Assembly: GCA_002269645.1 (NCBI GenBank)
Contig: NIVC01004789.1
Location: forward strand, 1-35,016
DNA length: 35,016 nucleotides
Direction: 5' to 3'
From: Macrostomum lignano
Lineage: Eukaryota
The notes under the pieces are model-generated. The model did not search any database and had not been told where the DNA came from. It saw nothing but the letters and a program-made list of their open reading frames with translations. Positions 33,154 through 35,016 of the stretch are shown piece by piece. Both the position numbers and the translations under genes were made by a program. Within the stretch, counting starts at the first letter, position 1. Each line of letters opens with the position of its first letter.

Positions 33154-34403
33154 TCAGATACAAATTAGACGCGGCACGGCGGACGACATCGAGGCGGTGG
33201 CCGCGCAGGAGCTGGAGCTGGCGAACAGCCACAATGGCATGCAGCTGTACTGCCGGATCGAGTGCGATGAGCACCACCGGATGCTGCTGCCGGCCTGCTC
33301 AAACTGCTGGTCGCCGCCGACTGCCAGTCCGGCCGGGTGGTCGGCTTCCTGCTGTACACGCCGTCTTACATGCACAGCCAGCCCGAGCCCGGCTTCTATG
33401 TGCAGAGCCTCTTTGTGGAGCTGGACTACCGGCGGCACAGGGTGAGGCTTCTTGGGGTCCTCAGTGATTGGGCCGCTGCCTCATTTGGGTCCTCAGTGAC
33501 TGGGCCGCTGCCTCATTCGGGTCCTCAGTGATTGGGCCGCTGCCTCTTCGGGTCCTCAGTGACTGGGCCACTGCCTCATTCGGGTCCTCAGTGACTGGGC
33601 CGCTGCCTCATTCGGGTCCTCAGTGACTGGGCCGCTGCCTCATTCGGGTCCTCAGTGACTGGGCCGCTGCCTCATTCGGGTCATCAGTGATTGGGCCGCC
33701 AAATCTCGCTGGACCAACTGCAACTCTGGTTGGCAACCCGCAGGTCGGCCAGTCGCTGCTGGCCACGCTGGGCCGCCTCGCCGCCTCCTCCGGCTTCGGC
33801 CACCTGAAGCTGCTGGTGCAGCGCAGCAACGCGCCGGCCGTGAACTGCTACAGACGTCTGGGGGTTCGAATTCCTGAGCGATACGGAGAACATCGGCTTC
33901 TTCGAGCTGTGGCCGGCCAAGTTCGTGAACTCGATGCTTCGGGCGGGTCGCCGGCCGCTGCCGCCGGCCTCAGCCTGGAGCTGCGGGACTGCGACGGCCG
34001 GCTGTCGGGCGGGCTGGAGGCCGGGCGGCGTTCGCCCTGACCTGCGCGGCCTGCGACTGCCGCCTTCAGGGCACCGCGCGCTCACCTACTGCATGTGGGA
34101 CGGCTGCATCATGCTGGCCGACCTGCGGCTGGTGCGGCCCGCCTGCGCCCAGCGGCCCTGCCAGCTGCTGAGCGTCGCCAATCTGAAGCGGCTGCTGGGC
34201 CGCCTGGCACTCAGCCTGGCTGCGTCGCCAAGGCGGCTTTGGCTGGAGGCGCCTCGGCAGCAGACCGAGCTGCACCGGATGCTGCTGCACACCGACTGGA
34301 GGACTTGGACGGCCGCCACGACGGAGACTGGGTCGTCTGCGCGCTGCGGGGCGCCAGCTCTGCGGCCTGGCGGAGCGGCAAGTCGCGGATCATTTGTGAT
34401 TGA
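33146..34403 (+). CDS. SSAT/SAT1-like double-domain GNAT (paralogue 2); exons 33146-33441 and 33744-34403; about six frameshifts, so either sequence errors or a pseudogene
   Basis: METQIQIRRGTADDIE..ELA, LLVAADCQSGRVVGFLLY, GFYVQSLFVELDYRRHR|VGQSLLATLG, LLVQRSNAPAVNCYRRLG. Collinear with paralogue 1 when frames are switched (FEFLSDTENIGFFEL, PLP, LELRDCDG, CDCRL, LTYCMWDG, LKRLLGRL, WVVCALRG). Same motif-A intron position. Confidence 0.75.
33454..33698. repeat. 32 bp minisatellite (gggtcctcagtgactgggccgctgcctcattc)n, ~7.5 copies, in the GNAT-2 intron
   Basis: Direct reading; fills intron 33442-33743. Confidence 0.94.
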
Positions 34404-34432
34404 GGCCGACTGTGCTGCGCCTGCGATTCTGT

Positions 34433-34975
34433 AGTGTGCTCAGCAGTGTGCTCAGCAGTGTGCTCAGCAGTGTGCTCAGCAGTGTGCCAGTAGTGTGCTC
34501 AGCAGTGTGCTCAGCAGTGTGCTCAGTAGTTTGCTCAGCAGTGTGCTCAGCAGTGTGCTTAGTAGTGTGCTCAGCAGTGTGCTCAGCAGTGTGCTCAGCA
34601 GTGTGCTTAGTAGTGTGCTCAGCAGTGTGCTCAGCAGTGTGCTTAGTAGTGTGCTCAGCAGTGTGCTCAGCAGTGTGCTCAGTAGTGTGCTCAGCAGTGT
34701 GCTCAGTAGTGTGCTCAGCAGTGTGCTCAGCAGTGTACTCAGTAGTGTGCTCAGCACTGTGCTCATCAGTGTGCTCAGCGGTGTGCTCAGCACTGTGCTC
34801 AGCCGTGTGCTCAGCAGTGTGCTCAGTAGTGTGCTCAGTAGTGTGCTCAGTAGTGTGCTCAGCAGTGTACTCAGTATGTGCTCAGCACTGTGCTCATCAG
34901 TGTGCCAGCAGTGTGCTCAGCACTGTGCTCAGCGTGTGCTCAGCAGTGTGCTCAGTAGTGTGCTCAGCAGTGATG
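34433..34975. repeat. 12 bp minisatellite (agcagtgtgctc)n, ~45 copies
   Basis: Direct reading; begins ~30 nt after the GNAT-2 stop. Confidence 0.96.
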
Positions 34976-35016
34976 CTGAGTTTATTATTTGCAGTATTGT
35001 TTGCAGTTTGCACTAA

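Noticed and set aside
34476-35016. LSSV / LSTL repeat ORFs
   Set aside because: Translations of the 12 bp array downstream of the GNAT-2 stop.

Overview
Eukaryotic (metazoan) genomic DNA. GC-rich, Ala-rich exons are separated by short GT-AG introns and about 20 mini/microsatellite arrays. This style resembles the flatworm Macrostomum (inference only, no search run). Recognisable genes: a minus-strand CEP135/TSGA10-family coiled-coil gene (about 11.7-14.4 kb, apparently lacking the N-terminal third); an ARHGAP11-like RhoGAP (23.7-25.4 kb); and two tandem paralogous SSAT/SAT1-like GNAT genes (29.5-31.2 kb, 33.1-34.4 kb), each apparently encoding two GNAT domains. Also present are a 1100+ aa His/Gln-rich repeat protein (5.4-8.7 kb), an unknown two-exon gene end (2.0-3.1 kb), several low-confidence exons and a MITE-like element. 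Most long ORFs in the track are artefacts of tandem repeats. Several genes carry single-base frameshifts, probably consensus errors, though pseudogenisation is not excluded. The best leads are (1) the single-chain double-GNAT pair with complementary motif loss and X-box-like sequences over both start codons, and (2) minisatellites built from splice-site or exon-end sequence, including an intron present in one GNAT paralogue and absent from the other. All homology calls are from recalled family sequences, not database searches.
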